From: Amoebidium appalachense
Lineage: Eukaryota > Protista > Ichthyosporea
Direction: 5' to 3'
NCBI GenBank assembly: GCA_963693365.1
Contig: CAVNZM010000006.1
Location: forward strand, 8,163,264-8,227,263
Length of the DNA: 64,000 nt
Shown: positions 63,611 through 64,000 of the stretch, piece after piece
Numbering within the stretch: the first letter of the stretch is position 1
Layout of the letters: each line of letters opens with the position of its first letter
The notes under the pieces: generated by a model
Database searches by the model: none
What the model was told of the DNA's origin: nothing
The model's input: only the letters and a program-made list of their open reading frames with translations
Position numbers and translations under genes: made by a program

Positions 63611-63934
63611 TCGGGATAGGGGAGAGGAGGTGTTGCTTTGTTGGGGGGGGGGGGGGAGGGGGGGGGGGTGGGGGTTTACACACTTTTTATTGCGTGGACA
63701 CTGCTTGGAGGGGTGGAGCCCCAGGGGGGGGGGGGGGGGGGGGGTAAGGGGTGCGCGTGCGTCCGTGCACACGTGTATGTGAGTGTGCCACGCGTGTACG
63801 GTGCGCGTGGGTTTTAATTTCTGTGTGTGTATTAAAGTGCGCGCGTGCGCATCATATGCAGACGTACGCGTGCATGCATATGTCGACGATGTGTGTGTGT
63901 CGTTGACAGTGCGTGAACGCATACGTGCATCATA

Positions 63935-63970
<36 letters not shown>

Positions 63971-64000
63971 ATGTATGGATGTGCTGTATGCACGTAAATG

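Overview
Eukaryotic genomic DNA with spliceosomal GT-AG introns packed with poly-C/poly-G, (CA)n/(GT)n and (CT)n/(GA)n microsatellites. These repeats explain most of the supplied ORFs, which are spurious. An opisthokont, possibly a unicellular holozoan, is suggested by the gene content (inference only). Left half (1-37 kb): four spliced genes rebuilt by hand - TRAPPC6/Trs33 (+), C8orf33/UPF0488 (-) head-to-head with a NOL7-like gene carrying a repeat-expanded N-terminus (+), and a class C-like 7TM receptor with a bacterial-type solute-binding ectodomain (+) - plus an intronless multi-TM gene (-). Right half (37-64 kb): a transposon nest with a decayed LINE, a MULE-like transposase fragment, a Ty1/copia element interrupted by a rearranged Ty3/gypsy piece and by an inverted copy of its own LTR, and a spliced Plavaka transposase with a GGATATCC-rich flanking array. 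Best leads: (1) the inserted LTR carries a DNA copy of the whole 39-nt 5' half of initiator tRNA-Met plus a regenerated LTR end and a 5-bp TSD; (2) an unidentified, always sense-oriented intronic element family with a covarying stem; (3) repeated duplication of exon boundaries that creates decoy splice sites; (4) introns ending in (CA)n-CAG with complementary GT/G tracts upstream; (5) the solute-binding-protein/class C GPCR fusion.
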